This document shows, piece after piece, positions 51,503 to 61,692 of a DNA stretch of 64,000 nucleotides (position 1 is the first letter of the stretch; each line of letters opens with the position of its first letter). A model generated the notes under the pieces. The model made no database searches, was not told the DNA's origin, and was given only the letters and a program-made list of their open reading frames with translations. Source of the DNA: Promethearchaeati archaeon SRVP18_Atabeyarchaeia-1 (GTDB lineage Archaea; Asgardarchaeota; Atabeyarchaeia; Atabeyarchaeales; Atabeyarchaeaceae); assembly GCA_037308085.1 (NCBI GenBank), contig CP147779.1, positions 1,856,001 to 1,920,000 on the forward strand, in the 5' to 3' direction. Position numbers and translations under genes: made by a program.

Positions 51503-52060
51503 TTACTTCTTGTAGCCGTTGATGTAGGCGAACTGCTCGAAGAGGAGCCTCTCCGGTCTCTGCTTCTCGCCGAGCCTCTGCTTCTCTGAGAGTACGGGGC
51601 TTATTGCGTCGGAGTGTTTTCCGACGTTGACGAGCGTGATGACTATCATGTCGGCAGGGATGCCGAGGACCAGCTTGACTTTCTCCTCATCGTATCCTGC
51701 GACGGGATGCGCCACGAGACCCAACTCTGTGGCTCGAAGTATGAGGAGTGCAGTTGCCATGCCCGTGTCGAACAGGTAGTATATTCGGTCTCCAATCACG
51801 CAGTCGAGTTCCTTCTTGCTGACTACCGCTATGATCATCGACGAGGCCCTCATCCACTCGTTCCCCCTATTGAAAGTGGAATGCAGCTTCTTCAGGACTT
51901 CTGGGTCGTAGACGAAGACATATCTCCAGGGCTGGAAGTTGTTACATGAAGGCGCCAGCCTCGCGGATTCAGCCAGATCCCGTACCAAATCATCTGTTAT
52001 CGGGACGGGATCAAGCGAGCGGTAAGCTCTCCTTTCACTAATTGCCTGATTCACATCCAT
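51503..52060 (-). CDS. Nitroreductase family protein
   Basis: RRAYR, APSCNNFQPW, ATELGL. Confidence 0.93.
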   Translation of the reverse strand: MDVNQAISERRAYRSLDPVPITDDLVRDLAESARLAPSCNNFQPWRYVFVYDPEVLKKLHSTFNRGNEWMRASSMIIAVVSKKELDCVIGDRIYYLFDTGMATALLILRATELGLVAHPVAGYDEEKVKLVLGIPADMIVITLVNVGKHSDAISPVLSEKQRLGEKQRPERLLFEQFAYINGYKK

Positions 52061-52174
52061 ACGTTGATTCCTCCTCTCAGCTAATCAGTTTATGATGTGA
52101 TTATCATACTCAAAAATAAGCATTTGGGAATCGTGGCGCGGGCACTAGTAGAGTGCGCTCTTCACGGTATCCCC

Positions 52175-52687
52175 CTACGGTCGAAATACTCGCGCGCCAT
52201 GTCTGCTCACGAGGGAGTTGTTGCAGAGAAGCCTTTTGGAAGGTAGGTCAAGAAGCATTATTCCTGTCTCCCTCTTTGCCTGAGCTTTAAGCAAGCTAAC
52301 TACGCCTTCCTCGAAGCCAGATTCAGACACGTAGACTATCCACGACCACTTAATCTCATTGTCAGCCATGTAGCTCTCGGCGGCAGCCACCAGATTCCGC
52401 AGTTGCTCGACGGGCGCTCTTCCTCCTCCTCTATGGGACAGAACCAAGGCAAGGGTTTCCCAGCGAGGTGCGGTCCAAGACCACATCCTTGAGAGTAGTA
52501 CGCCTTTGACAGCCATATTCCCCCTGGCAAGAAGATCAACCTTTACGTCGCCGACTTTCTGGTCTCTGGACGAGGAGTACCAGGAACTTATCGCCTTGCC
52601 TTTACTGAATATTCTTTTCTCGGCAAAGTTGATGTATTCATCTATGTTCAACGGATCCCCTCTCTTGACTAAGTATGATTGTGGCAT
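52175..52687 (-). CDS. Hypothetical protein, possibly a degenerate restriction-endonuclease-like fold
   Basis: VDLLA...IVYVSESGF pattern; weak. Confidence 0.5.
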   Translation of the reverse strand: MPQSYLVKRGDPLNIDEYINFAEKRIFSKGKAISSWYSSSRDQKVGDVKVDLLARGNMAVKGVLLSRMWSWTAPRWETLALVLSHRGGGRAPVEQLRNLVAAAESYMADNEIKWSWIVYVSESGFEEGVVSLLKAQAKRETGIMLLDLPSKRLLCNNSLVSRHGARVFRP

Positions 52688-52904
52688 GTGATGGCTTGTT
52701 TAGGCGAGATCGGATGCATTCATGGCCTCATATGAGAATCACCGTTCTAAAAAGCATTACTAATTATGACGCGGGTTCTACAAATCACCCATTTGTGAGA
52801 AGGCAACTTGTCCGACAGGTACCTCGAATGCGGAGTTTTCCTGAATCGGTTTCGCCTAGGCCGAAAATAAAAAAAAAGAAGGGAATTCTTGACGATGTGT
52901 TGCC

Positions 52905-54683
52905 CTACTCTGGCGGGATCTCGGAGTAGATGGCGCCAACGTCGATTCCGCGTCTCTTGTTTCGCAACTTGAAGGCACCGTATACTATAAGGCCGATGGC
53001 AAATGTAGCAAGGATCATGACCGACTCCCAGAAGGGCGCGTCAACCATGCCATAGTAGCCTGCGACAATAGGATCAACTGTGAATATGTAGAAGAGCATG
53101 GCTACCAGCATGAACACCCAGAAGAAGGTGCCAATCCAGCCAAAGACCTTCAACGCAGGAACTTTACGTGGCTTCGAATGATCCTCTGAAGAAGCCGCTC
53201 CGGCAATCGAGAAGATTACCCCTATGGCGCCGATCAAGGTGAGGCCGATTCCTATGAAGAGCATGGACGCCGATGAGATGGCTATCGCTATGCCGAACGC
53301 TATTGCCAACAATGAGATCAAAAAGCCTACGCCGAGTGCGTTGCCTGTCGTTGTTTCCCACTCGAGCTTAGTACCCTTGTCGTATGCGGACTTGAATTTG
53401 CCAATGAACGTCAAGCCGGCGACGCATATGAATAGGTACGTGAAGCAGTCGATGAAAGTTATGAAGACCAATGAGCCCCAAGCCGTCAATGCGCTGAAGA
53501 ATACTCCCGGGATTGCTACGATGCCACAGATGAGTGCGGACCACAGTGGACTGTGGAACCTATCACTGACTTCAGCGAACTTCTCAGGGAATTGACGATC
53601 AAATGACCACGCGAATGTCGATCTTGTAGCTATCAGGAAGAATGGCGGCAAGTCATTCAGAAGCCATAGCGCACCAGTGATCGATATGAAGATAGATAGA
53701 ATGGGTATCGAGTAGGTGTAGACAGCTGCGAACAGCGGCAATTGTGCGGGGGCTGGACCTCCAACGACATTGTACGCATAGAGGAATTCTTCTCCAACAG
53801 CTCTGGCCAGTCCTCCGGTGTACACTACGAACAGCAGAATTATGAGTCCCATACCACCGATGAGTGAGAGTACCATGTTCTTCTTCGGGTTCTTGACTTC
53901 TCCTCCAACGTAGGACGAAGCGTAGAAGGCGGAATACGCGAAGATTATGCCTGGGAGTGCTGCAAAGCTGAGGACGAAGTCTGGCGTGTAGGGTACGGCG
54001 CTTGCTGCAATCGTCGCGTATGAGCCTGCTCCAAAGACTGCGTTCCAGTATGTTGGAAGGTCTCCTGCGGTATGTATCAGAAGCGCGGCGATAGTAAAGA
54101 CGCTTCCAACCAGTGGGATAATGAATAGTGCTTGTACTACGCGTCCCCATATATTGGCACCGAGTGCTGCTAGAAGGGTAATTACCACTGTCAATGCGAC
54201 CCCGAGCCAGATCGAAGGCCATATGTCTTGGAAAAGTAGACCCAGGTTTACGAGTGCGCCGTTGTTGTAGATGGCACCTGCTATCTTGAAGCTAGTTCCC
54301 CAGAAGTATATGTCATAGTTGGCAAGTAGTCCCACTGAGAGGGCGATTGATACCCACGATCCCCAGCTTGCCAGGAAGCCTACTGATGGGCTGACTGCTC
54401 TGCTCATGATTACGTAGGGTCCGCCCGATCTGGGCATTGCTGAGGACATGATGCCAAGGCATATCGCTGAACAACCGAAGGGTATTGCCACCAATAGGAC
54501 CATTGCTAGTGGACTTACGGCGTTGATTCCGGCGGCCGATGTCCATCCGTAGGCTTGGACGGCGAAAGAGTTTATTCCAGCTCCAATAACTGCGCTCATC
54601 ACCATCGCGAGTGCTGTAAACCAGCCGATCTCCCGAACCAGTCCGGTTGCTTCTCTAACGAAGACCTGTTTTCCTTTGGACAT
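52905..54683 (-). CDS. APC-superfamily amino acid permease
   Basis: FVREATGLVRE, MPRSGGPY, GGEVKNP, FAWSFDR, terminal IPPE; 12 or more TMs. Confidence 0.93.
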   Translation of the reverse strand: MSKGKQVFVREATGLVREIGWFTALAMVMSAVIGAGINSFAVQAYGWTSAAGINAVSPLAMVLLVAIPFGCSAICLGIMSSAMPRSGGPYVIMSRAVSPSVGFLASWGSWVSIALSVGLLANYDIYFWGTSFKIAGAIYNNGALVNLGLLFQDIWPSIWLGVALTVVITLLAALGANIWGRVVQALFIIPLVGSVFTIAALLIHTAGDLPTYWNAVFGAGSYATIAASAVPYTPDFVLSFAALPGIIFAYSAFYASSYVGGEVKNPKKNMVLSLIGGMGLIILLFVVYTGGLARAVGEEFLYAYNVVGGPAPAQLPLFAAVYTYSIPILSIFISITGALWLLNDLPPFFLIATRSTFAWSFDRQFPEKFAEVSDRFHSPLWSALICGIVAIPGVFFSALTAWGSLVFITFIDCFTYLFICVAGLTFIGKFKSAYDKGTKLEWETTTGNALGVGFLISLLAIAFGIAIAISSASMLFIGIGLTLIGAIGVIFSIAGAASSEDHSKPRKVPALKVFGWIGTFFWVFMLVAMLFYIFTVDPIVAGYYGMVDAPFWESVMILATFAIGLIVYGAFKLRNKRRGIDVGAIYSEIPPE

Positions 54684-54814
54684 TCCCTCTGCTTCTCTCC
54701 TCTGTTCTTTTCTCCTTATTGGAGATGAGTAATAGTATGCTCAAGGGGTTCATATATATACTTTTACTTTTGCCAGGGAAAAGCAGTTACTTTGAGCACC
54801 TCATTTACCATTCT

Positions 54815-55172
54815 GCCGCAGGGGGGCCCACGCCCTTAAGGGGTGGGATGAACTGCGGCGGCTAGAATGTTCGTTTAAGTATCTCTGTTCCATATGTTTC
54901 TTTGGACCCTGGGGCGAGACCGCGCAGGGTGGCGCCCCCGATGCAAAGCCTGAGTCTCTGTTTCCCAGGGCGGATGGTGGTCTCCGAGCACGGAGACGGG
55001 AAGCGTAACCCACCGCGCCTGGCGAGGTGAGCGGGGCTGGAAAAATGTAGCGCGCGAGCCCGGGAGCTCAACTTCCGTAGCAGACTTTGCGAGACCAGCG
55101 GCCCGGCGACGGGCGGAGAAGAAGTGAACGAAACGGAAAGCCCACCGGCTTCAAGCCGTGGGAGGAGGCTAC
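54815..55172 (+). mobile_element. ORF-less IS605-type mini element / omega-RNA-like gene
   Basis: Left-end hairpin gccgcag...cccacgcccttaaggggtggg...ctgcggc, TTTAAGTA box, structured GC-rich body, right end aagcccaccggcttcaagccgtgggaggagg. Confidence 0.75.
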
Positions 55173-56524
55173 TCGACGGTTTCATACCACTGGGATTTCT
55201 CGCCTACCTCTGCCCGTTTCTGCCACTTCTTTGTCTTTGGTTCATCGTCCAATTGCTTCAGAAAATCCGCGAGCCTTGCTAACACTTTTCCATTTTCGTC
55301 CTCCGGAAGGCGATACTCCGCTAACATCTGGGACATTTTCTCCGTGTTCATGGATAGAGTCTTGTACAATCCCCAGTCATCTGAGCACAGTTTGGCGATG
55401 TACTTCACATCTATCTTTCCAGGGTCTCCACTCCCAAGTTCGTGATCCAGCATGATTGCCGTCGTGTCGCGAGCGTCTCTCTCGCTGAATTTCACTATCT
55501 GGAGCTTTGTCATGAGGAGGTCGGCGAGCGGTATCGTGTACTCATCCAGTTCAAGTCTGTCCTTGAGGTCAAGCTTGTGGCACATCTCGAACGCGTCAAG
55601 GTAGACATCAACGCCGATCCCAGTCTTCTCATCAAAGAATTTCAGCCTCTTTCTTCCGTGAAGCGCATTGAACTTCTTGATAGGCTCGAAGCCCAGGCTC
55701 GCAAGCATCTTCTTTATTGCGATATCGTCCTTTGCATGGGCGAAGAGGTCTACGTCCGGATAGTCTCTGGCTAGGGGCGGCTGACTCGCGCTGGGGCAAC
55801 GCATCGCTACTGCTACGCCGCCAAGTACCCTCAATATGCGGTTCTCCATCCTTGCGTCATCGACGATTCTAGTCGCCAAGTTAACGATCTCAGGCGGCGG
55901 AGGCGAGGCTGGGGGTTGTGACTGAGGCGGAGAAGTGGGAGTGGTCTCCTCCTCGGACGGTTGGATGTCGGGGGGAGGCTGCGGCTGCGCAGGAAGCAGA
56001 GGCGTAGGTTGGGGCTGCACCTCTTCTATGATTGGCTCTGGCTGGGCCGTGGCCTCGGGTTCGGGTGGAGGCGGAGGTTGAACTCTCTCAACGGGTCGTT
56101 CCAGCTGAACAGAGGTGGGAGTCGCCTCTTTGGGGGCTTGGGGAGGTGGGGCGGCCGCCTGGGCTCTCGAATCCTCGAGGGCTATGACTTCGTCTATCAG
56201 GCTGCCGTACTTGTCGGCCAGAGTTCCCATTTTGGACAAGACTATGCCAACTTTCTTGTCGGTCAGGGTTATGAGGACCGCCTTGTTCGAGACCCTCGAA
56301 GCCACGATTGTCTTGACAGGGTCCAAGGTTAGTGTCAGGTTGTCGCCTTTCCCCATGATTAGAATGTTATGGTAGAAAGGCGAGACTCTACTCATGGTAG
56401 CCTTGCTCAGATCCGTGTAAAGGACCTTGCCTTGGCTAGATAGCAGAGCTAGCTCAACTATGTCTGGAACCCCAAGGGTTCTAAATTCCTTCTTAAGAAC
56501 ATCCACTATGCTGAGGAGACTCAT
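55169..56524 (-). CDS. Roadblock/profilin-like domain plus Pro-rich linker plus nucleotidyltransferase
   Basis: N-terminal ALLSSQGKVLY alpha/beta domain; Pro runs; LGGVA...DYPDVD NTase motif. Confidence 0.8.
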   Translation of the reverse strand: MSLLSIVDVLKKEFRTLGVPDIVELALLSSQGKVLYTDLSKATMSRVSPFYHNILIMGKGDNLTLTLDPVKTIVASRVSNKAVLITLTDKKVGIVLSKMGTLADKYGSLIDEVIALEDSRAQAAAPPPQAPKEATPTSVQLERPVERVQPPPPPEPEATAQPEPIIEEVQPQPTPLLPAQPQPPPDIQPSEEETTPTSPPQSQPPASPPPPEIVNLATRIVDDARMENRILRVLGGVAVAMRCPSASQPPLARDYPDVDLFAHAKDDIAIKKMLASLGFEPIKKFNALHGRKRLKFFDEKTGIGVDVYLDAFEMCHKLDLKDRLELDEYTIPLADLLMTKLQIVKFSERDARDTTAIMLDHELGSGDPGKIDVKYIAKLCSDDWGLYKTLSMNTEKMSQMLAEYRLPEDENGKVLARLADFLKQLDDEPKTKKWQKRAEVGEKSQWYETVE

Positions 56525-56586
56525 GTTTGAATGCCCCCAAATTCATCTCGGCTATTTAGAGACTACCATAAGATCGGGTTTGCGGA

Positions 56587-57324
56587 TTAGCGTCTCACTT
56601 CCTCAACAGTTTCATACCAGGGAGAACTCTCGCCTCTGGCGGCCCGCATGCGCCACCTCATGGATTTTGGTTCTTCCTCCAGTCTTCTGAGAAACGATGC
56701 CAACTTGGACTTGATTCTACGAGTGTCATCATCTGACAAGCCGTAATCGGCCACCATCTTAGATATCTTCTCCGCGTTCATGGACAGCGTCTTCCAAAGC
56801 CCCCAATCGCCGGAGCACAGCTTCGCTATGTAGTCCAAGTCTATCTTGTCAGGGTCTCTGCTCCCATAATCATGGTCTTTCAGGATGACTACGATATCCC
56901 TAATATCCTTCTCATTGATCTGGACGACCTGGAGCTTTGTCATGAGGAGGTCGGCGAGCGGTATCGTGTAACTATCCAGTTCAAGTCTGTCCTTGAAGTC
57001 GAACTTGTGGCACATCTGGAAGACATCAAGAAATATATCGACGTCGATTTTCTCCTTGGTGTTCGAGAACTGCAGTCTCTTCTTTCCATGCAGAGCGTTA
57101 AATCTCTTGTTGGGCTCGAAGCCGAGGCCTGTGAAGAGCTCCTTGATGGATTTGTCCTGTTTTGCATGCCCAACGAGGTCTATGTCGGCATAGTCCCTGA
57201 TCAGATTCCTATGTTTTGCGCTGGGGCATCGCATTCCTATAGCCGTGCCACCGAGTGCCCGCAGAACAACTCTGCTCTTCTGGGCCTCGTCAATAATCCT
57301 TGTTGCTTGTTGGACGATGTCCAT
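56587..57324 (-). CDS. Uncharacterised nucleotidyltransferase (Pol-beta superfamily)
   Basis: LGGTA...DYADID, third Asp in VDIF, LLMTKLQ, KD.RD. Confidence 0.85.
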   Translation of the reverse strand: MDIVQQATRIIDEAQKSRVVLRALGGTAIGMRCPSAKHRNLIRDYADIDLVGHAKQDKSIKELFTGLGFEPNKRFNALHGKKRLQFSNTKEKIDVDIFLDVFQMCHKFDFKDRLELDSYTIPLADLLMTKLQVVQINEKDIRDIVVILKDHDYGSRDPDKIDLDYIAKLCSGDWGLWKTLSMNAEKISKMVADYGLSDDDTRRIKSKLASFLRRLEEEPKSMRWRMRAARGESSPWYETVEEVRR

Positions 57325-57406
57325 CTAGCTCACACTCGCATGGGCCCACAAGTGAGATATTGTTGCCCCTTAAGACGGAGGGCGCAAAGCCTCTCTCGCT
57401 TTCTCA

Positions 57407-58351
57407 CTAGCCTTCAGTTCTCCAGTACTTGGAGATCTTATCCTTCTCCAGGTCAACGATGAAGCCTCTGAGGATCCCTTCACCATACTCAGAGCCCGGG
57501 TTGACACAAAGGGTTTTACCTATCTTGGCGATTCCGGGGGATTCGTGAACGTGCCCGTGAAGTCCAAGTTTCGGCTGGTACTGCTTGATCAGATCGTAAA
57601 CGGCCTTACTCCCTACGGGAATCATGACTTGTTGTCCACCTTGAACTACGGGGGTGAATTTCTCGTCAAGCTTGGGCGCCGCGTCAAGACTGGACTTGTA
57701 CGGTGGAGGATGCAGGTTTGCGATGAGATGACCGTAATCCTCCGTTAGCTTGAAGAGCCTCTCAAATCGTTTCATGAGCCTATCCTCAGGCTCCTCCCTA
57801 GCGGTATTCCACGGGGTCGGATTCACCCAGCCAGAGGTAATCATGAGGTGATTTTTGTCGATCTCGACCAGTTTCTCTTCAGGGTCTATTATCTTGTTGC
57901 TTGATTCTAGGATGGGGTCAACTATGAATCTGTCATCATTTCCAGGGGATACGAAGACTTTCACACTTCCATCGAGTTTCCGTTCCGCTATCTCCATCCA
58001 TCTGTTAATACCTTCACCGATGAGCTTATCAAAGAGCCTGCTGAGGTCAGCGGAGTCATTCTGAAGGTGCTCATATTCCTTTGTGCCACACATATACGGG
58101 TAGTAGCCCGAAGACATGACCTTCGCTTTGAATTCATCGACTTCCTGCCTAGACTTCATAACCTCGTCTCTGCCGAATATGTGTGCCTCGTATGTTCCGC
58201 CGTCAGCTTCGACGATTGGTACAACAACCTTGCCGGTGATGTCTCCTCCCATTATAGCCACGTCTGCCTTGTAGAAATTCCCGGCGTTGAGAAACTTCTT
58301 CCAGCAGACTTCGCTGCCATGAATGTCGGACGTGAAGTATATTCTTGTCAA
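57407..58351 (-). CDS. Calcineurin-like metallophosphoesterase (Icc-related)
   Basis: SDIHG, GGDITG, PGNDD, HPPP, HGHVHE, NPGS. Confidence 0.93.
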   Translation of the reverse strand: MTRIYFTSDIHGSEVCWKKFLNAGNFYKADVAIMGGDITGKVVVPIVEADGGTYEAHIFGRDEVMKSRQEVDEFKAKVMSSGYYPYMCGTKEYEHLQNDSADLSRLFDKLIGEGINRWMEIAERKLDGSVKVFVSPGNDDRFIVDPILESSNKIIDPEEKLVEIDKNHLMITSGWVNPTPWNTAREEPEDRLMKRFERLFKLTEDYGHLIANLHPPPYKSSLDAAPKLDEKFTPVVQGGQQVMIPVGSKAVYDLIKQYQPKLGLHGHVHESPGIAKIGKTLCVNPGSEYGEGILRGFIVDLEKDKISKYWRTEG

Positions 58352-58733
58352 AGCATGCTCTCCTTGATGGGAGACTACTCTTAAAGTGGTATTTCAACTT
58401 TTTCGTATTTCTGCACCCAGTGCCCAACTGATTATCGCGCATCTTCTGATCGGCGCTGCCGTCTCGACTCCTTCGCAAGGCGCGGTGATTTCCCCCGTAA
58501 GCGCTTTGGTCCCACTCTTTCCGCGGAATAGAATTCAGCTTGCTCGATTCGAAGTGACGCGTCAGGCTCACCGGTGGCAAGTTCATTGATTTCCCTCAGA
58601 ACCTCGTCGCCACAAAAGCTCCTTCGACCCATAATTCAGTCATTATCTCCTCGTTTAGGAAACTGGAGGTCTTCAGAAAAAGGCGACTACGCCTTTGCAG
58701 GAATCAGTCACTCCGAATGAGTGCCTTGGGAAT

Positions 58734-60110
58734 CTAGCCGGAGACGGTTAGGTCATCGAGCACCATACTAGGTATCTTGCCTTCACTGAGAAGCCGCACG
58801 TCTTGTCCTACCAGTTGTACTTTCTTTAATGCATCAAGGATGTTGCCAGCTATGCTCACGGGTTCAAGAGGATAGGTGATCTCTCCTTTCGCGATTAGAT
58901 AGGCGTTAGGCGCAACCACGCTGAACTCACCTGTTGTCAGGTTCGACATGCCGATCCCTATTGGCCTGTCGGTGACAAGAATTCCTTCGCCGATTTCGGC
59001 TGCTAGTTCGTCGATTCGCTTTGCTCCTGGTATCACCACAAGGTTAGTTATCGAAGTGCCTGGTAGCTGAAGGAATGGTTCGGGCCAGTCGCGGCTGGCG
59101 TTTCCCGTGCTCTCCCTATTCTGCCTCGCCGACGAGTAGCCGTTATATATGTACGTCTTCAGGACGCCTCTATCGATTATCTTGGTCGTTCGCCTTGGGA
59201 TTCCTTCGCCATCTACCTTCGAAGTTGCGATCCCTTCTGGCAGCTGACCATCATCAATGGCGGTGATGTCTGGGCTTGTTACCTCCTCTCCGACCTTGCC
59301 CTCGTAGCGACTTCTACCATCCATGGCGTTCCCTGCATCTGTAGCAGAGCCAAGCGTATCTTTGAGCAGTTCTCCGATCGATACGTTTTCCCAAACGACA
59401 CTACTTTTGAATGTTTGGCTCAACGGCTTTGCCCCCAACATCTTAAGGGAGTTCTTGGCCGCGCTTTCGCCAATTTGACTGAAGTCTGTGAGTCTGCGCG
59501 AAACAAGGGAGTCCGTCCCAGTCTTCTGCCTACCTTCTTCAGCGGTTGTGCACCTAGCGCTTGCCTCAATGTAAGACGTTTTTGAGGACGCCTCTATTCC
59601 CCTTGAGCTAGATACGGCGAAGCATGCCCTGTTGACCAAGAGAGTGCCATAGAAGGATTTCACCCGCTTGTCGAGTGCGAGAGCCCTCTTCGCGAACTCG
59701 CTGACTGATGCGAGCGCGTCATCCTCAGAGAACTCTGTGATGCTGCTGTCAATTGTGCCATCTTCTGAGGCTAGTTTGACTGGATCTGGCAGATGCTTGA
59801 AATTCGGGTCTGCCGGGCGTATTCGTGCGACTGCCAGGGCTTCTTCAACCACGGCATCGATCAGTCTCTTGTCGGTTCCAGTGGCGGCGGCGAACCCTAC
59901 CTTACCTTCTACCGCCACGCGGATTCCCACGCCAGAGGGCGTTCCACATCGGGCCTCAGCAGTCAGCTTTCTGATATTGACCGAGATCATATCAGCTTTC
60001 GAGGAGAGGGCTTCAGCCTCGTTCGCGCCTTTCTGCAAAGCTCTCCTGACTGCGAGGTCAGACAAGGCTAGCAGTTCGCTTTGAATCAGGTCCAATTCCC
60101 GGGTCTTCAT
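58734..60110 (-). CDS. pmbA: TldE/PmbA subunit
   Basis: GIRV, DGEG, STGNA, TGEFS; lacks HExxH. Confidence 0.9.
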   Translation of the reverse strand: MKTRELDLIQSELLALSDLAVRRALQKGANEAEALSSKADMISVNIRKLTAEARCGTPSGVGIRVAVEGKVGFAAATGTDKRLIDAVVEEALAVARIRPADPNFKHLPDPVKLASEDGTIDSSITEFSEDDALASVSEFAKRALALDKRVKSFYGTLLVNRACFAVSSSRGIEASSKTSYIEASARCTTAEEGRQKTGTDSLVSRRLTDFSQIGESAAKNSLKMLGAKPLSQTFKSSVVWENVSIGELLKDTLGSATDAGNAMDGRSRYEGKVGEEVTSPDITAIDDGQLPEGIATSKVDGEGIPRRTTKIIDRGVLKTYIYNGYSSARQNRESTGNASRDWPEPFLQLPGTSITNLVVIPGAKRIDELAAEIGEGILVTDRPIGIGMSNLTTGEFSVVAPNAYLIAKGEITYPLEPVSIAGNILDALKKVQLVGQDVRLLSEGKIPSMVLDDLTVSG

Positions 60111-60112
60111 CC

Positions 60113-61558
60113 TCAGGCACCTCCAAATTGTGCTTCACTCAACAAGAGGTGCGGCCCTCCGACTCCAACGGGCAAGTGGTTTTGCCCGAACTTGCCGCAA
60201 CCGGCGAAGTAGCTGCTCCACATGAGAAGCTCTTTCGTCGCGCCTTCGATCTTCTGGAGAAATGAGAGTATGGACCCTGAAAGTGTGACCTCTCGCAGTG
60301 GGTACTTTATCTCGCCCTTCTCGATACGGTAGCCTCTGGCGGCATTGAAGGCGAATGTTCCTTCGTCACTTGCCTGACCACCAGATGTTCCGATAGCGTA
60401 CACGCCATCTTTCAGAAGCTCGAGAGCCTCCTCTAATGTGAGGTCGCCGGGTGCGAAGTAAGTATTCCGCATCCTTACGATTGGCGGATAGTTGTAGTCT
60501 ACTGCCCTTGCGTTACCGGTTAAGTCGGAGCCCATCAACGAGGCAGTCTCTTGACTATGCAAATAGCCTTTCATTATGCCTTTGTCCATTATGACGACTT
60601 TCCGCGTCTCCACTCCCTGGTCATCAACCGGTATCCAAAACCCGTTCTTCCCCAGCTGCTGGGGGGTTCCTTCATCTATAACCGTTGCGTGTTCAGACCC
60701 CAGTCTTTCTCCCAGTTTCCCTGCAAGGGCTGACATTCCGGATGTTATGAAGTCTGCCTCAGTCCAGTGACCGAAGCTCTCGTGCGCTAGAACTCCAGCC
60801 AACATGTTTTCGCAGAGGGCTCTGTGTTTGCCCGCTGGCGCGGGTTTTGCCCCAAGTTTCTCTGCTGCCCACCTGCCGACATTAGCTCCAATAACGTCTG
60901 GCGTGTGGTCTTTTGCTTCAAACCCCTCAAGCCCGAAGCTACCTCCGTACCAATCCATGCTATCGGCGAGCAGACCTTCTCTTTTCGAGACTACCTGGAT
61001 CATGATGTCGATGACTAACGGAAACCATGAACTCTCGTTTCCATTGCTGTCGACGAAACCTTTCTCGCCGTACAGCTCGTTGTACATCGCGTTGATCGAA
61101 ACTATCTCTCTGCCATGATCTTGAGCACCATGAACAGCCCGCATGATGAGGTCCTTCTTAAGTTCGAGGGAGACATCTTTTGGATGTAGCTTAGCGCTGA
61201 GCTTCATCCCGCTTTTCTTGAATTGGGGCGCCTTGATAGATTTCAGTTTTCCTTGAGACGAGAGACTGGCGGCCTTGGCTATTTTCAAAGCCTTGCCGGC
61301 TGCCTCGGCCGTAGCGTTCCTTGTAAGGTCCACAGTGAAGGAGTAGCCCGCTGAACCTCCGAAGAATGCGGTGATACCAATTCCTGACCTTCGCAGTGTC
61401 TTAACGTCCCTGATAGTATTGTTCTCTGCCATAATTGTTCGGATAGATTGCTCATCGAATCTCGCTTGTGCGAGCTCGGCACCGAAGGCCTCTGCGCTTT
61501 TGACGCCATGTTTCAAGAGATCGAACATTCCGACCACCATAGACAATGCACAGATCAA
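60113..61558 (-). CDS. tldD: TldD metalloprotease subunit
   Basis: HESFGH, DDQG, TGNARA, PIVRMRNT, CGK.GQ..PVG.GGP. Confidence 0.93.
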   Translation of the reverse strand: MICALSMVVGMFDLLKHGVKSAEAFGAELAQARFDEQSIRTIMAENNTIRDVKTLRRSGIGITAFFGGSAGYSFTVDLTRNATAEAAGKALKIAKAASLSSQGKLKSIKAPQFKKSGMKLSAKLHPKDVSLELKKDLIMRAVHGAQDHGREIVSINAMYNELYGEKGFVDSNGNESSWFPLVIDIMIQVVSKREGLLADSMDWYGGSFGLEGFEAKDHTPDVIGANVGRWAAEKLGAKPAPAGKHRALCENMLAGVLAHESFGHWTEADFITSGMSALAGKLGERLGSEHATVIDEGTPQQLGKNGFWIPVDDQGVETRKVVIMDKGIMKGYLHSQETASLMGSDLTGNARAVDYNYPPIVRMRNTYFAPGDLTLEEALELLKDGVYAIGTSGGQASDEGTFAFNAARGYRIEKGEIKYPLREVTLSGSILSFLQKIEGATKELLMWSSYFAGCGKFGQNHLPVGVGGPHLLLSEAQFGGA

Positions 61559-61692
61559 CGAAGTACTTAGCGAGTTCGGCTACTAGAGTCGAGGCGATCT
61601 ACCTATCGCCATGAAGTTGCAGGATCAAAATGATGAATGGGATCCGCGAATGCGGACCTCAAATCGGTGGGCAATTGGCTTGCCCACTTTTT

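Noticed and set aside
54880-55160. RNase P or SRP RNA
   Set aside because: Lacks their conserved motifs and is bounded by IS605-type ends.
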